A stretch of 60,073 nt of DNA from Candidatus Saccharimonadales bacterium (lineage in GTDB: Bacteria > Patescibacteriota > Saccharimonadia > Saccharimonadales > JBBQAJ01). The stretch spans positions 1 through 60,073 of the forward strand of contig JBBRAK010000007.1 in the NCBI GenBank assembly GCA_038206875.1, given 5' to 3'. The stretch's first letter is position 1. Each line of letters begins with the position of its first letter. Below the pieces are notes generated by a model. It made no database searches, was not told the DNA's origin, and saw only the letters and a list, made by a program, of their open reading frames with translations. Shown in pieces: positions 39,738 to 49,671 of the stretch. A program made the translations under genes and the position numbers.

Positions 39738-41375
39738 TTACTTCGAACCTGATTTCGGTTTCAATCTAGTTTTTTTCTTATCGGCTGTCTGATTGTAAGT
39801 TGTGCGTGTTTTCAGCCCGAGACTCGCCAATACCGCTATAGCAATAATGAGTGTCCATTCGCCGAGCCTAGTATATGGCGTCTTTGTAGTCGGCGTTTGA
39901 ACTTCAGTTATCCCTACTTGCAAGCCTGAATGGCTGAAATCAACCAAGAAATTGCCATTATTATCAATAATAAAACTATAGCCTCCCCTGGCGGATTGTA
40001 TAAAGGGTCGATTATTAGCTACGGCTTGGAAGCGCGCGAACTGGCGTGCCTGTTGATGGTACCAAGTGGCATTGCGGAATTGATTGAGAGAGGCTGTGTT
40101 TATGAGTACATCTGCGCCGTTGTTGGCTAATCGGCGATAATTTGACGGCGTAACTACTCCTGAACACGCTAACACACCCAAAGATAGCCCGTGCGCTTGC
40201 ACTGGCTGTTCAAGCGTTGGCGATTTGGCAACTGCAACTGTGCGATTGAAGTAATCCACTGTTTCCTGCTGATGGAAAAGTCTTAGGTTGTTGCTGACAA
40301 TCCAGGGCAAATACTCACCCGTCGGGATTAAAAATGACTTTTGCTGGCGCGAGACGATATGTTCGGCTTGATCAGACACGATAATTTCGTTAGTTGACTT
40401 GCCGTCTCGGACCGGGCCCCTCGTTGTGTACACCAGAAGCCCTGGGTTTTTTCCAAACGCTGTAGATAAGACGTTTTGACGCTCGGATGGGGTGCCGTTT
40501 TCTAAAAAGTAGCTGTATTCTGGCAAGGCTAAGATATCTAGCGGTTGGTCTACTCCTTGACGCAGGGACTTTAGTTTTCCCGCCAAGTCTTGGTAGTAAT
40601 AATTGCTGCCGGCATCCAATTGCACGCTGCCGACGCGCAGAGACTGCACATTCCCCTGTCCGAGGTTTCTGCTACCAAATGCTAGACAAGCGATGACTAT
40701 CAGGGTAATCACACTAAAGCGATATTTCCTTTGTAGCAACCAAAAGATACATAAGTTTATGATTACAGCTACCAATGACATGCCGTAAAGCCCTACAAAA
40801 CGGGACAAATATCCCAGTGGTGTGGCTGTGGCTGCGAATCCCAATGTACCAAAATCCCAAAATGGCCCAAGACTACCACCTTTGCCATAAGCTACTAGCG
40901 ACACCAGGTAACTGCGCACAAACTCACCCGTTATCCAAGCTGATGGTAAAACAAGTAAACTTAGGGTAAAAAATGATACTCGTTTGGCGAAGTATCTTAT
41001 TACTAATCCCAAAAACACAAAACCGACAGATAGTGTTAGACCCAGCAAGAGCCAAACAGAAAATATCGCTATTTTTAATGCCGGGCCCTCGATTTGAAGC
41101 CATCCCTCTGTATCCGCAGAAACAAACCAACCACTTACGAATAGCATAAAAAACAAACCCATGAGCCAAGTTGGAAGTACGACTCGTGAATCGGGTTTTC
41201 TCAGTTCTAACTTTAGGAACAAAAGGTACGGAACGGTGGCAATAAACACAAGTGCACTTAGCCGATAGTTTATAAAAGCTATTACCATCAGAAGTGTTGA
41301 TAGTGCCGGCAACGCAAAAAATAGCAATTCAGTGAATCGTTGATGTTTGTCCACGGTTGTTCTATTTAAGCACAA
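39738..41375 (-). CDS. lnt: Apolipoprotein N-acyltransferase
   Basis: Multi-TM N-terminus with GLYGMS; nitrilase domain LPE, KSFLIPTGEYLP, LACSG and AVANNRPFIQSARGGYS. Confidence 0.82.
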   Translation of the reverse strand: MCLNRTTVDKHQRFTELLFFALPALSTLLMVIAFINYRLSALVFIATVPYLLFLKLELRKPDSRVVLPTWLMGLFFMLFVSGWFVSADTEGWLQIEGPALKIAIFSVWLLLGLTLSVGFVFLGLVIRYFAKRVSFFTLSLLVLPSAWITGEFVRSYLVSLVAYGKGGSLGPFWDFGTLGFAATATPLGYLSRFVGLYGMSLVAVIINLCIFWLLQRKYRFSVITLIVIACLAFGSRNLGQGNVQSLRVGSVQLDAGSNYYYQDLAGKLKSLRQGVDQPLDILALPEYSYFLENGTPSERQNVLSTAFGKNPGLLVYTTRGPVRDGKSTNEIIVSDQAEHIVSRQQKSFLIPTGEYLPWIVSNNLRLFHQQETVDYFNRTVAVAKSPTLEQPVQAHGLSLGVLACSGVVTPSNYRRLANNGADVLINTASLNQFRNATWYHQQARQFARFQAVANNRPFIQSARGGYSFIIDNNGNFLVDFSHSGLQVGITEVQTPTTKTPYTRLGEWTLIIAIAVLASLGLKTRTTYNQTADKKKTRLKPKSGSK

Positions 41376-41429
41376 TTAGCTTAACTTGCTCTATACCGTC
41401 AAACGCCGTGGTGTGCTTGAAAGATTGAG

Positions 41430-41879
41430 TTAGAAGTCTGCAAGAACGATTTTATGCATCTTCATTAGTTTAGCGAAAGCGTTTGGTCGCTTCATCAGCT
41501 CTTCGATATTTCTTGGTACAATCTGCCAACTCAAGCCGTATTTATCTTTACACCAACCGCATTGCTCAGATTCTGGTACTTTGGAGAGCTTTTCCCAAAA
41601 ATAGTCAATTTCTTTTTGGTCTTCGCAGTAAATGGCAAATGACACCGATTCGTTAAATTTAAACTCTGGCCCAGCGTTTATCGCTGTAAACATGTTGCCA
41701 GAAAGATCAAAATCAATAGATAGTTCTTTGCCGGCGAAGTCTTTCTGGAAGTCTTCCAGTCCTTCTGTCGGGTAATATGCAGTTAAAATAACTTTACTAT
41801 CTGGAAATACAGATACGTAAAAGTCAACCGCTTCTTTTGCCTTATGATCAAACCACAAATTAGGTGTTATTGTCTTCAT
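41430..41879 (-). CDS. VOC/PhnB-like (3-demethylubiquinone methyltransferase-like) protein
   Basis: ITPNLWFD...FKFNESVSF...CGWCKDKYGLSWQIVP. Confidence 0.9.
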   Translation of the reverse strand: MKTITPNLWFDHKAKEAVDFYVSVFPDSKVILTAYYPTEGLEDFQKDFAGKELSIDFDLSGNMFTAINAGPEFKFNESVSFAIYCEDQKEIDYFWEKLSKVPESEQCGWCKDKYGLSWQIVPRNIEELMKRPNAFAKLMKMHKIVLADF

Positions 41880-41883
41880 AACC

Positions 41884-42099
41884 CTACTTGTTGCCGTTGC
41901 CATTTAAGTACTTGCCGGCAATGCTAAGCGCAAAAGAAGGCAGGATAATAAACGCATTTATAAAAAGCAGTCTTGTAAATATTTGGCTTATGTTGGAGTC
42001 TGGTTTGTTCGGACCGGAGGCTGTTAGTACTACTATCACTCCCACAATACCAAATGTGATAGATGCATAGATAAATATTCGTGTTGCTATTTTTTGCAT
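41884..42099 (-). CDS. Small 2-TM membrane protein
   Basis: Two hydrophobic helices; TATAAT 6 nt before the ATG. Confidence 0.7.
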   Translation of the reverse strand: MQKIATRIFIYASITFGIVGVIVVLTASGPNKPDSNISQIFTRLLFINAFIILPSFALSIAGKYLNGNGNK

Positions 42100-42196
42100 A
42101 TTCACATTATACCAAACAAAAACACAGCATACGCAAGCTAGGTCAAAGCGAAGAAATCAGGTAGATGTTAGTCCAGACCTGACACTATTAAATTTT

Positions 42197-43915
42197 TTAG
42201 CTACCAAATGTGAATGCGTTGAGCGTGACGCCTGGTGGGAAAGTCAAGGTTAGACGTTTGTTGGACTGGAATTTATCTGCTTTAACAAGCTTGTATAAAC
42301 GCGCACCGTCTAGGCTCACTTGTCCATTACTATTAACATCAGAACCTCCGGCAGAACTTAGTCCGTCTACTGAGACGTTGACTAGCGCTCCAGGTGGGCC
42401 ACTCATCACTAGATAGACTTCCTTGGCAGAAAAATTAAAACTGAGTTTTGCGGTGGGCTCTAGACTCTGAATTGAGTCACTATTTATTTGCCACTGCCCT
42501 CCAAGTGACCATTCGTGCTCTTTTAGGTCGCTTGCCAGAGTATATTTGACGGGTTTATCAGCCTCAAACTGTTCGGTGTTGGCAAAGCTTTCGGCACGTT
42601 CGTAGCCTAGATACGTTTCAGGGCTTTGCCCACGCACTGCCGTACTCGAGCTATGCTCTATTTCAATTTTTTCTGTAACTGTTTGTCCTGATTCTTTCAA
42701 CAGTGCTTGAATAGTTTTCTCTGTTTCGGAATAGTCTCCTTCGCCAAAGTGCGTATAACGGACTTGACCATCTTTATCTATCAAGTATTTTGCAGGCCAA
42801 AATTGGTTTTCGTATGCTTGCCAGGTGGCAAAGTCATTATCCAGCGCAACAGGATATTTAATCTTTGCGTCTGACACGGCTTTTTTGACATTTTGAGTAA
42901 CTTTTTCAAAAGCAAATTCTGGTGCGTGAACTCCCAAGATAACAAATCCGTCGTCTTTGTACTTGTCATACCAAGCATTTAAATATGGTTGGGTACGTTG
43001 ACAGTTGATGCAGGAATACGTCCAGAAATCTATCAAAACAACTTTGCCTTTTAGGCTTTCTATCGTCCGAGGATCACTATTTATCCATGCAGCGATATTC
43101 TTAAGTTCTGGCGCATCATATGCTGTAACATTGAACTTTTGTTTGTTGGTTGTGCTATTGCTATTTGATTTTGTGGAATTGTCATTTTCGGGTACCAGTT
43201 TTTGCTCGAGTCGGATGAGATTTAGATAATCTTTGTCTACTAGCCATGTCTGCACTTTTTTGTCCCATCCGGTAATGATAAATATACCTACCCCGATAAA
43301 TAGGATTGCAATTGCTCGTTGGAACCAGCCTTTTGGATTGCTAGCCCATTTGACTTTTTCAAGCAATTTTCGACCAAGTAATGCAATAGCTAGCAAAGAT
43401 GTAGCTACACCCAAGCAGTAGATTGCTAGGTAAAATAATCCGAGCAAAGTGTTGGAAGGCAGTACAGTTGCCAGTACCCAGGCGTATGTTGGGCTACAAC
43501 TGCTAAATACTGGGCCAAGTGCCCCGCCGATAAGGATTGCTGATACGGTTTTATTTTTGTTCTTGAAAGCTTTTCCTAGCAGTGATTGAGATCTATGCTC
43601 TACCCCGAGCCCGCCGATGGCTTTAGCCCACAGATCTGGGAATAACATGAACAGCCCAAGAATAATCACGAGCACACCGGAAAAATAAACCCAGACCTTG
43701 GGGTCAACGCCAATCAAAACCGTAGATGCTTTCAGGATAATTGTAAACAAAATCAGAGACACTACGAGGCTGGCTGTAATAATATACGGTCGCTTTCGGT
43801 CTTTGTCTTTGGGGTCTAGGCTTCCTCCCAAAATAATTGGGAGTAGTGGCAATACGCACGGAGCTAAAGCAGTGAGTAGACCCGCAACGTAAGATAGTAA
43901 TGCTGTTATTAACAT
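42197..43915 (-). CDS. dipZ: DipZ (CcdA/DsbD TM domain + thioredoxin + C-terminal domain)
   Basis: PCVLPLLP, SSCSP, DFWTYSCINC, GVHAPEFAFE, SPETYLG and AFTFG motifs. Confidence 0.9.
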   Translation of the reverse strand: MLITALLSYVAGLLTALAPCVLPLLPIILGGSLDPKDKDRKRPYIITASLVVSLILFTIILKASTVLIGVDPKVWVYFSGVLVIILGLFMLFPDLWAKAIGGLGVEHRSQSLLGKAFKNKNKTVSAILIGGALGPVFSSCSPTYAWVLATVLPSNTLLGLFYLAIYCLGVATSLLAIALLGRKLLEKVKWASNPKGWFQRAIAILFIGVGIFIITGWDKKVQTWLVDKDYLNLIRLEQKLVPENDNSTKSNSNSTTNKQKFNVTAYDAPELKNIAAWINSDPRTIESLKGKVVLIDFWTYSCINCQRTQPYLNAWYDKYKDDGFVILGVHAPEFAFEKVTQNVKKAVSDAKIKYPVALDNDFATWQAYENQFWPAKYLIDKDGQVRYTHFGEGDYSETEKTIQALLKESGQTVTEKIEIEHSSSTAVRGQSPETYLGYERAESFANTEQFEADKPVKYTLASDLKEHEWSLGGQWQINSDSIQSLEPTAKLSFNFSAKEVYLVMSGPPGALVNVSVDGLSSAGGSDVNSNGQVSLDGARLYKLVKADKFQSNKRLTLTFPPGVTLNAFTFGS

Positions 43916-43920
43916 ATGGG

Positions 43921-44451
43921 TTAAGACTTAATGCCCGCTATGACTTTGTCTAGACTGCTTGCGCTCCACTGTGCCGTTTCATTGCCACTGTTGTCAACTT
44001 GAACAAAAGTGTACTGAGTTGTAACACCATATTTTTGCCGTAGTTCGGTGGAGTTGTCGAAGTCAGTTTTGATAAGTGTTACACCAGCGGGGATTTTGGA
44101 CATATCTGCGTTGATTTCTTTTTCTATTCCTTGGCAGATAGGGCACCAGCTGGCATGAAAGAAATAGACTTTTTTGGAATCGGCATACTTGGTTGGGTTT
44201 GCGTTGTAATCAGCTAGCGTCACGTAGCTGCCGGATTTGCTCATGGTGTCGCCTTCTTTTGCCATCTTGTCCTTTTCCATAGCCGCCGCTTCATCCTTTT
44301 TCATCATGGCTTCGTCTTCAGACTTTTTCTCCATTGCCATTTTTTCTTGTTCTTTTTTGTTATTTTGGTTTTTGGCATAAGCGAGTGCTCCACCACCTAC
44401 TATAGAAAGTCCAACGACAATGCTTACTGCTACTAGTGCTTTTTTGTTCAT
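43921..44451 (-). CDS. Membrane-anchored thioredoxin family protein
   Basis: FFHASWCPIC; Met/Lys-rich linker; GAGGG SD. Confidence 0.88.
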   Translation of the reverse strand: MNKKALVAVSIVVGLSIVGGGALAYAKNQNNKKEQEKMAMEKKSEDEAMMKKDEAAAMEKDKMAKEGDTMSKSGSYVTLADYNANPTKYADSKKVYFFHASWCPICQGIEKEINADMSKIPAGVTLIKTDFDNSTELRQKYGVTTQYTFVQVDNSGNETAQWSASSLDKVIAGIKS

Positions 44452-44529
44452 GATTACCCTCATTTACATTTTATTGTTGAGCTAAGTATAATTAGCTCGT
44501 GCATACAATGTCAAGTTGACCAGACATAG

Positions 44530-44895
44530 TTATTTACCGTCCTTTGTGCGTTGAACGATTATTTTAGTAGCAATCATGGCCAGTAGAGCCACTGGAATAG
44601 CTGAATCAAGGTTGTGGTTTAGGCTTTGTATCAACAACCCAACGATAAGTACGATTGAGCCGACTATGTATGCCGAGCGACTGGCGAGAGCCTGGTTCTG
44701 CATTTCACGTTCGTCGTCTGGCTTTTCACGCCATAAAAAAACTAAAAATGCCGCAACAAGTCCCAGAACTAGTGCAACGATAAGCATCTGTAACCTAGAT
44801 GGCATAACGAATGTTTTTGGAGCAATTGCAAAAACTGCGATGATGGTTAGGCCAAGTAGCAGAATAATGTCCAGTAGTTGCTTATATTTTTTCAT
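44530..44895 (-). CDS. 4-TM membrane protein with DERE motif (DUF2178-like)
   Basis: PDDEREMQNQALASRSAY; coupled to the Xre gene. Confidence 0.65.
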   Translation of the reverse strand: MKKYKQLLDIILLLGLTIIAVFAIAPKTFVMPSRLQMLIVALVLGLVAAFLVFLWREKPDDEREMQNQALASRSAYIVGSIVLIVGLLIQSLNHNLDSAIPVALLAMIATKIIVQRTKDGK

Positions 44896-45106
44896 ATTGA
44901 AAGATTTCCTCTACCCTTTTGTTAAGTATACCGGCAATTCTCAGTGCTAGTAATACGCTGGGAATGTAGTTACCTTTTTCTATAGCGATAATTGTTTGCC
45001 GTGTAGCTTGGACTTTTTCGGCTAACTCATCTTGAGTCATATTTAATGAGGTGCGTTTTTCTCGCACTGAATTGACTACCGTATGTCCCGTGTCTTTAAC
45101 AAACAT
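44882..45106 (-). CDS. Xre/Cro-family HTH regulator
   Basis: MTQDELAEKVQATRQTIIAIEKGNYIPS. Confidence 0.92.
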   Translation of the reverse strand: MFVKDTGHTVVNSVREKRTSLNMTQDELAEKVQATRQTIIAIEKGNYIPSVLLALRIAGILNKRVEEIFQYEKI

Positions 45107-45224
45107 GCTACACGTAAAGTTAACATAACATTAGGATAGATGTAAAGCGAAGTTACTCTATTGAATGGGTCGGCTTTACATTTGTTTGGTCTGGCTATCA
45201 GTAGTGATGGAGGTCAGTACTATT

Positions 45225-46463
45225 TTACAAACCTTTTGTGGTGGCAAACAGGTCTTCGGGAGTTTCATGTCGTCGAATGAGCTGAGTAGATCCATCTAGA
45301 CGCACCAGAACTTCACCCGCGCGCAGTCTGAAGTTGTAGTTATGAGAGTTAGCCCTAGAATGAGCACCTGCATCATGAATGACCATCAGATCGTCAGCGG
45401 CGGTAGAAATGGGTAAAAAATGTTCTTTGAAGAATATGTCTGTGTTTGCACACATCGATCCAGTAATGTTCATCGGCTCCAAATGATCGCCTTCTCGACC
45501 CAGTACATCAATCTGGTGATACGCACCGTGGACAGTTGCCAGTCTAGCCATATTGTTTATGGAAGTGTCCACCATAACAAAGCGCTCGTAAGTTTCTACT
45601 ATTCCATGTGTTACTCTCGTTAGTAAGTATCCGTGAGGTCCGGTAACATATCGTCCATATTCGGTAAATATTGGTATATCTAAGTCGCCTAGTTGGGCCT
45701 CAACGGCCTGGCTTACTGAAGGTACATCGGCAGGATTATCTGAAGGATTGTAATTGATTCCAAGTCCACCTCCAATATTTATAAAGTCGATATCTATTCC
45801 GAACTCGGTAACTGCCCTATCTGCCAGGCGTCGCAATAAAGCCGCTGTGTCACCGAAATAGTCGGGGTTGCGTTCATTACTGCCAACCATGGCGTGAAGC
45901 CCTAAGCTCCTTACGCCGCCATTGCGCATGGCTTTTAATCCGTCTATGACATGCTCTTCTGTATCACCAAACTTTTGTTTTTTAGGGTCGCCAATGATAC
46001 TGCTGCCTTCTTTGAGTGGTCCGGGGTTGTAGCGTATAGCCATTTTCTCGGGTAGTCTACCGCCCAAAGCGCTTTGAACTTGAGGAACATATAGACCTTT
46101 GTCAACGTTGATCGTAGCTCCGATTTCGTGGGCCAGTCGGTAGTCATCATCTGGAGTATTGTTAGACGTATAGAATACACCGTTCCCAGTAATCCCCTCT
46201 TGTTGAACCATCATTAGTTCGGGTCTAGAACTACAATCAAAACCCATACCTTCATCCGCCACAACTCTTAGTATCCCCGGTGTCGGCGTGGCTTTAACTG
46301 CAAAGAAGTTTGTATAATCTGGGCTCCACTGGAATGCCGTGTTTACGGTTTTTGCACTTCGTCTTATTCCTGCTTCGTTATATACAAAGACGGGTGTGCC
46401 ATATTCCTCAGCGATTTCGTGGAATACGTCAGGATCAAAAGGCAAACTCTTCTCAGCGCTCAT
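45225..46463 (-). CDS. lysA: Diaminopimelate decarboxylase
   Basis: GTPVFVY, FAVKATP (PLP Lys), KFG, NIGGGLG, EYGRY, GSMCANTD and HDAGAH...NYN motifs. Confidence 0.88.
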   Translation of the reverse strand: MSAEKSLPFDPDVFHEIAEEYGTPVFVYNEAGIRRSAKTVNTAFQWSPDYTNFFAVKATPTPGILRVVADEGMGFDCSSRPELMMVQQEGITGNGVFYTSNNTPDDDYRLAHEIGATINVDKGLYVPQVQSALGGRLPEKMAIRYNPGPLKEGSSIIGDPKKQKFGDTEEHVIDGLKAMRNGGVRSLGLHAMVGSNERNPDYFGDTAALLRRLADRAVTEFGIDIDFINIGGGLGINYNPSDNPADVPSVSQAVEAQLGDLDIPIFTEYGRYVTGPHGYLLTRVTHGIVETYERFVMVDTSINNMARLATVHGAYHQIDVLGREGDHLEPMNITGSMCANTDIFFKEHFLPISTAADDLMVIHDAGAHSRANSHNYNFRLRAGEVLVRLDGSTQLIRRHETPEDLFATTKGL

Positions 46464-46717
46464 AGTAAGTTAAAAGATATAATAATATCGAGGATAAAGC
46501 AAATATTGACTCCTCGTAGTGTTGAAAATTAGAACTCTATTGAGGCTTAATTCATAAGATGCATCAGATTCGCGTACTTTGCATAGAACTGCACCCCTGG
46601 CTTAACCTCGTCGCACTGGGCTTGTCGAATCGATAGTCGCGTTCAATGGCTCTTTCAGCTGTTCTTGTCGTTCACGCGCTCGCAATTGTCCGTTCAATAC
46701 CCCAGTTGCATTTTTGT

Positions 46718-47152
46718 CTAGCCAGAAAACTTCATGATAACGTTTAGGTATGTGTCTAGTTCTTTACGTGTGATTTTGGCATAAACCTTTTCTCTGAGCT
46801 CTCTTCTTGTATCGGACTCAATCTTTAGAAACAATTTCTTGCGCTTGAAGTTGAATACAATCTTTCTGGAGCGGCTATCGGTAGTGCTGGAAAGTCTACC
46901 GACAAAGTCTTTGGCTTCGAGTAATTTAACGGAATTGGTTACATATGCCTGTGTCGTGGCCAAGGATTTGGCCAAATCGGATGTTCTCACACCCTTTTTC
47001 CCACCATCATAAATATTGCCTAGCACAACCCAGTGCATACTAGTTAAGCCATATTTTTTTAGTACTTCGGTTTTAAGTGCGTTCAGAGAACGATTGGCTT
47101 GAGCCTGTAGAGTGCCTGCCTGATAAGTCGTAATTTCGCTAGCATTAATCAT
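46718..47152 (-). CDS. MarR family transcriptional regulator
   Basis: GLTSMHWVVL, SDLAKSL...VTNSVKLLEAKDFV and DSRSR. Confidence 0.88.
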   Translation of the reverse strand: MINASEITTYQAGTLQAQANRSLNALKTEVLKKYGLTSMHWVVLGNIYDGGKKGVRTSDLAKSLATTQAYVTNSVKLLEAKDFVGRLSSTTDSRSRKIVFNFKRKKLFLKIESDTRRELREKVYAKITRKELDTYLNVIMKFSG

Positions 47153-47160
47153 CTAATGTC

Positions 47161-47562
47161 TTATTCAGTTACTGTAACTGTTCCTTTCATATATGGATGT
47201 AGCTCGCAAAAATAAGAAAACGAACCAACCGTGTCAAAAGTAAAGCTTACTTTTTCGCCTTTACTGATGAATTTGGAATCTTCTACCTTGCCTGCCGATG
47301 AATCATCGAACACTACATTATGTTTAGTCGGGTCGTTATTTATCCAGGTTACTGTGGTTCCATTCTTTACAGACAGCTCATTTTGTGTGAATTTGAAATT
47401 ATCAATTTGAACTGTGTTGGGCTGGTTTTGTGAATTCGAGTCACTAGAATTGTTGCTGTTATTGGCATCATGTTTGACGCCGTTATTGTTCATGATCAAG
47501 AAACCGCCTGAAACAAGCAGTGCTAATATTACGATAACTGCTACGATTGATTTTCTGCCCAT
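47161..47562 (-). CDS. Cupredoxin (plastocyanin/amicyanin-like blue copper protein)
   Basis: VTWINNDPTKHNV and YFCELHPYMKG (H, C, H, M ligands). Confidence 0.92.
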   Translation of the reverse strand: MGRKSIVAVIVILALLVSGGFLIMNNNGVKHDANNSNNSSDSNSQNQPNTVQIDNFKFTQNELSVKNGTTVTWINNDPTKHNVVFDDSSAGKVEDSKFISKGEKVSFTFDTVGSFSYFCELHPYMKGTVTVTE

Positions 47563-47587
47563 TGTTGTGCCCCTATCTTAAGATTCA

Positions 47588-47626
47588 TAATTAGGTGTAC
47601 TCGCATGGTAGCAGTACACCTAATTA
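47588..47626. terminator. 14-bp perfect inverted repeat inside the operon (terminator or stabilising hairpin)
   Basis: TAATTAGGTGTACT-N11-AGTACACCTAATTA. Confidence 0.6.
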
Positions 47627-47668
47627 CTTTATATGTTTCGGGTTGTTTGGTATAGTCCAGAACTTTGA

Positions 47669-48352
47669 CTAGAACTTGTCTGGAAATTGTTTGACAATCG
47701 CACCACTAAGTGTGTCGCCAAACATTTGTATATGCATGTCAGCTTCACGTTGCATAGCGTATGATTTTTCATAATCACCTGCGCCGTACGCGTCAACGAT
47801 ACCAATTACCTGTTGAAGGTGAGTCTTCAAACCTTCCTTTATAGCTTCCTTTGGCAAGTTTGGGTTAGCTTCAGAGAAGAAAGTAGAGGCTTGGTCTGTG
47901 TAGCCTTCTAAATCTGCTTTTGCTTTGTCCATGCCGGCCTTGTCGCCAGCTTTTGCTGCTTTTGTATAGTCAACGAAGAACCCAATGTGCTTTCTCCATA
48001 AATCCAAAAATTTATCCTTGTTACCAGGGTAAGCACTGTCAATCGCCGTTGCAATATTAACGCTATTTACATCCAAGGCGGTTGTAGCGCCAGTTGCAGA
48101 TGCTGAGCCGTCAAACACTGCCCTTAGTGCTGGGGAAGCCAGCTCGATATGTTCGCTTAGGGCGTTGTTTAAGTTGACTCTTAGTGTTGCTGCTTTGGTG
48201 TCAGTCTTGGGGTTTGCTTCGGACATCGAGTGATTGGTGCCCGATGAGTTATCTTGTTTGTAATTTCCGATACTATAGCCTCCGGCCATCCCTAGTATTA
48301 AAGCTACAATCGCTATAATCACGATCTTGCTTGTGTTTGATTTGTCTTGCAT
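47669..48352 (-). CDS. Secreted His-containing helical-bundle protein (possibly copper-associated)
   Basis: TM segment then LSEH...LWRKHIGFFVDY...H...AIVKQFPDKF; function inferred from the cupredoxin neighbour. Confidence 0.6.
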   Translation of the reverse strand: MQDKSNTSKIVIIAIVALILGMAGGYSIGNYKQDNSSGTNHSMSEANPKTDTKAATLRVNLNNALSEHIELASPALRAVFDGSASATGATTALDVNSVNIATAIDSAYPGNKDKFLDLWRKHIGFFVDYTKAAKAGDKAGMDKAKADLEGYTDQASTFFSEANPNLPKEAIKEGLKTHLQQVIGIVDAYGAGDYEKSYAMQREADMHIQMFGDTLSGAIVKQFPDKF

Positions 48353-48386
48353 TCTACCTCCTTATTTATTGGTAACAATAACTATA

Positions 48387-48409
48387 TTTACTTTACTTAG
48401 TAAAGTAAA
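48387..48409. promoter_or_regulatory. Perfect 11-1-11 inverted repeat, candidate MarR operator
   Basis: TTTACTTTACT-T-AGTAAAGTAAA, 35 bp upstream of the first gene of the operon. Confidence 0.6.
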
Positions 48410-48845
48410 GTATATGATAACAATCAACAAATATTTACAGAGTGAATAGTCGGGTATATTTAACAACGCTTGGGTAAACAGTATGCCTTTGTGGCGTCTT
48501 TATCCTGAATTATTTCATAAGTTATGGTGGTGTATGCGCTATACCCTGCTCTTACTGGGTCGTAGTAAGGCTAGGATTGTTCGTGCCAGTATAAATGCAC
48601 TAGCCTGTCGGGGTTCTATCGTAAGGACAGATGATGGCAATGCAGTCGCAATGAATCAGTTTGACCCTAACTGGCTATTAATCTAACGTATAAGTTATAA
48701 ACTCATGCTTTTGGTTCAGCACAATAGAGGAAGTTATAACCATAATTAAATGGGATTTACAGATTAATTGCAAAATCAAAAATTAATGCTTGCATCTAAA
48801 GTACATAAGGAGTTTAATAGAGGTGGATAAAATAGGAAATAAAAA

Positions 48846-49298
48846 ATGTCAAAAAAGAAAAAATTAATAAAACAAAATAGATTTAGTTTTTTAAAAAAGT
48901 CGCGAGTGCTTATCGCACTAGTTTTTATTCTAGGAGTTGGTGGAATAGGACTATATAAGCTAAATTCAAGCAGTGCCGCAACGCCGTGCATAAGTCGAAG
49001 ATTTGTAAAAGGTGCACCTAAAAGTGCATGCGTGGCGGATATTCAAGGTCTATTTAATTATCATAATATTATTGAAGGTTATGGTTCTAAACCGTTAGTT
49101 GTTGACGGTGTTTTTGGATCAAACACTGCGAATGCGATACTTATCGTACATGTAAAAGATAATATTAAACCTTACGATTCAGTCGTTGGACCACGGATCT
49201 GGGACACATTATGTGGTCAGGCACTTTACGCTTCAGGAAACCTTCAATGGGCTAAATTGTATGCTATTCATGCAGGTTGCATCCCCCCAACAAACTAA
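48846..49298 (+). CDS. Secreted protein with peptidoglycan-binding (PG_binding_1-like) domain
   Basis: IQGLFN...LVVDGVFGSNTANAI...DSVVGPRIWDTL. Confidence 0.75.
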   Translation: MSKKKKLIKQNRFSFLKKSRVLIALVFILGVGGIGLYKLNSSSAATPCISRRFVKGAPKSACVADIQGLFNYHNIIEGYGSKPLVVDGVFGSNTANAILIVHVKDNIKPYDSVVGPRIWDTLCGQALYASGNLQWAKLYAIHAGCIPPTN

Positions 49299-49385
49299 AA
49301 TGCCCAGCTAAGGGTTGGGATTTATAGATAGTCTCCGGAGACCGGACAGCTTACTTCGTCCTTTTCCGCTCCGGCATGCTCGAAG

Positions 49386-49649
49386 TTACAATTGCTTTAA
49401 TCGTACTAAATCTCCTACGACCAAAGCTTCTTTTTTGGCAACTGTCCAATGTTTGAGTTGCTTCTCGCGTTTCATGGCCAGAGCTCTAGTTTCGTATTCT
49501 TCGCTATAAACCAAATCAAAATCACCGTATTCTTTGATAAATTTAGCACCATGACCCGTGCCATGGTCTTTTAGTCTTTGAGCAATGTTTTTGGTTTGAC
49601 CAATATATAGACGATTCCGGTTGTTGCGAAGAATATATAAGTAGTACAT
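49386..49649 (-). CDS. Stand-alone GIY-YIG nuclease
   Basis: YYLYIL...LYIGQTKNIAQRLKDH...AMKREKQLKHW..KKEAL. Confidence 0.92.
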   Translation of the reverse strand: MYYLYILRNNRNRLYIGQTKNIAQRLKDHGTGHGAKFIKEYGDFDLVYSEEYETRALAMKREKQLKHWTVAKKEALVVGDLVRLKQL

Positions 49650-49671
49650 GCAGATAGTATACAAAAATCTG

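Noticed and set aside
46464..46717. Lysine riboswitch or small ORF upstream of lysA
   Set aside because: No recognisable lysine riboswitch consensus and no convincing ORF; an Rfam scan would settle it.
48483..48686. 67-aa ORF in an AT-rich intergenic region
   Set aside because: No SD, motif or other support.
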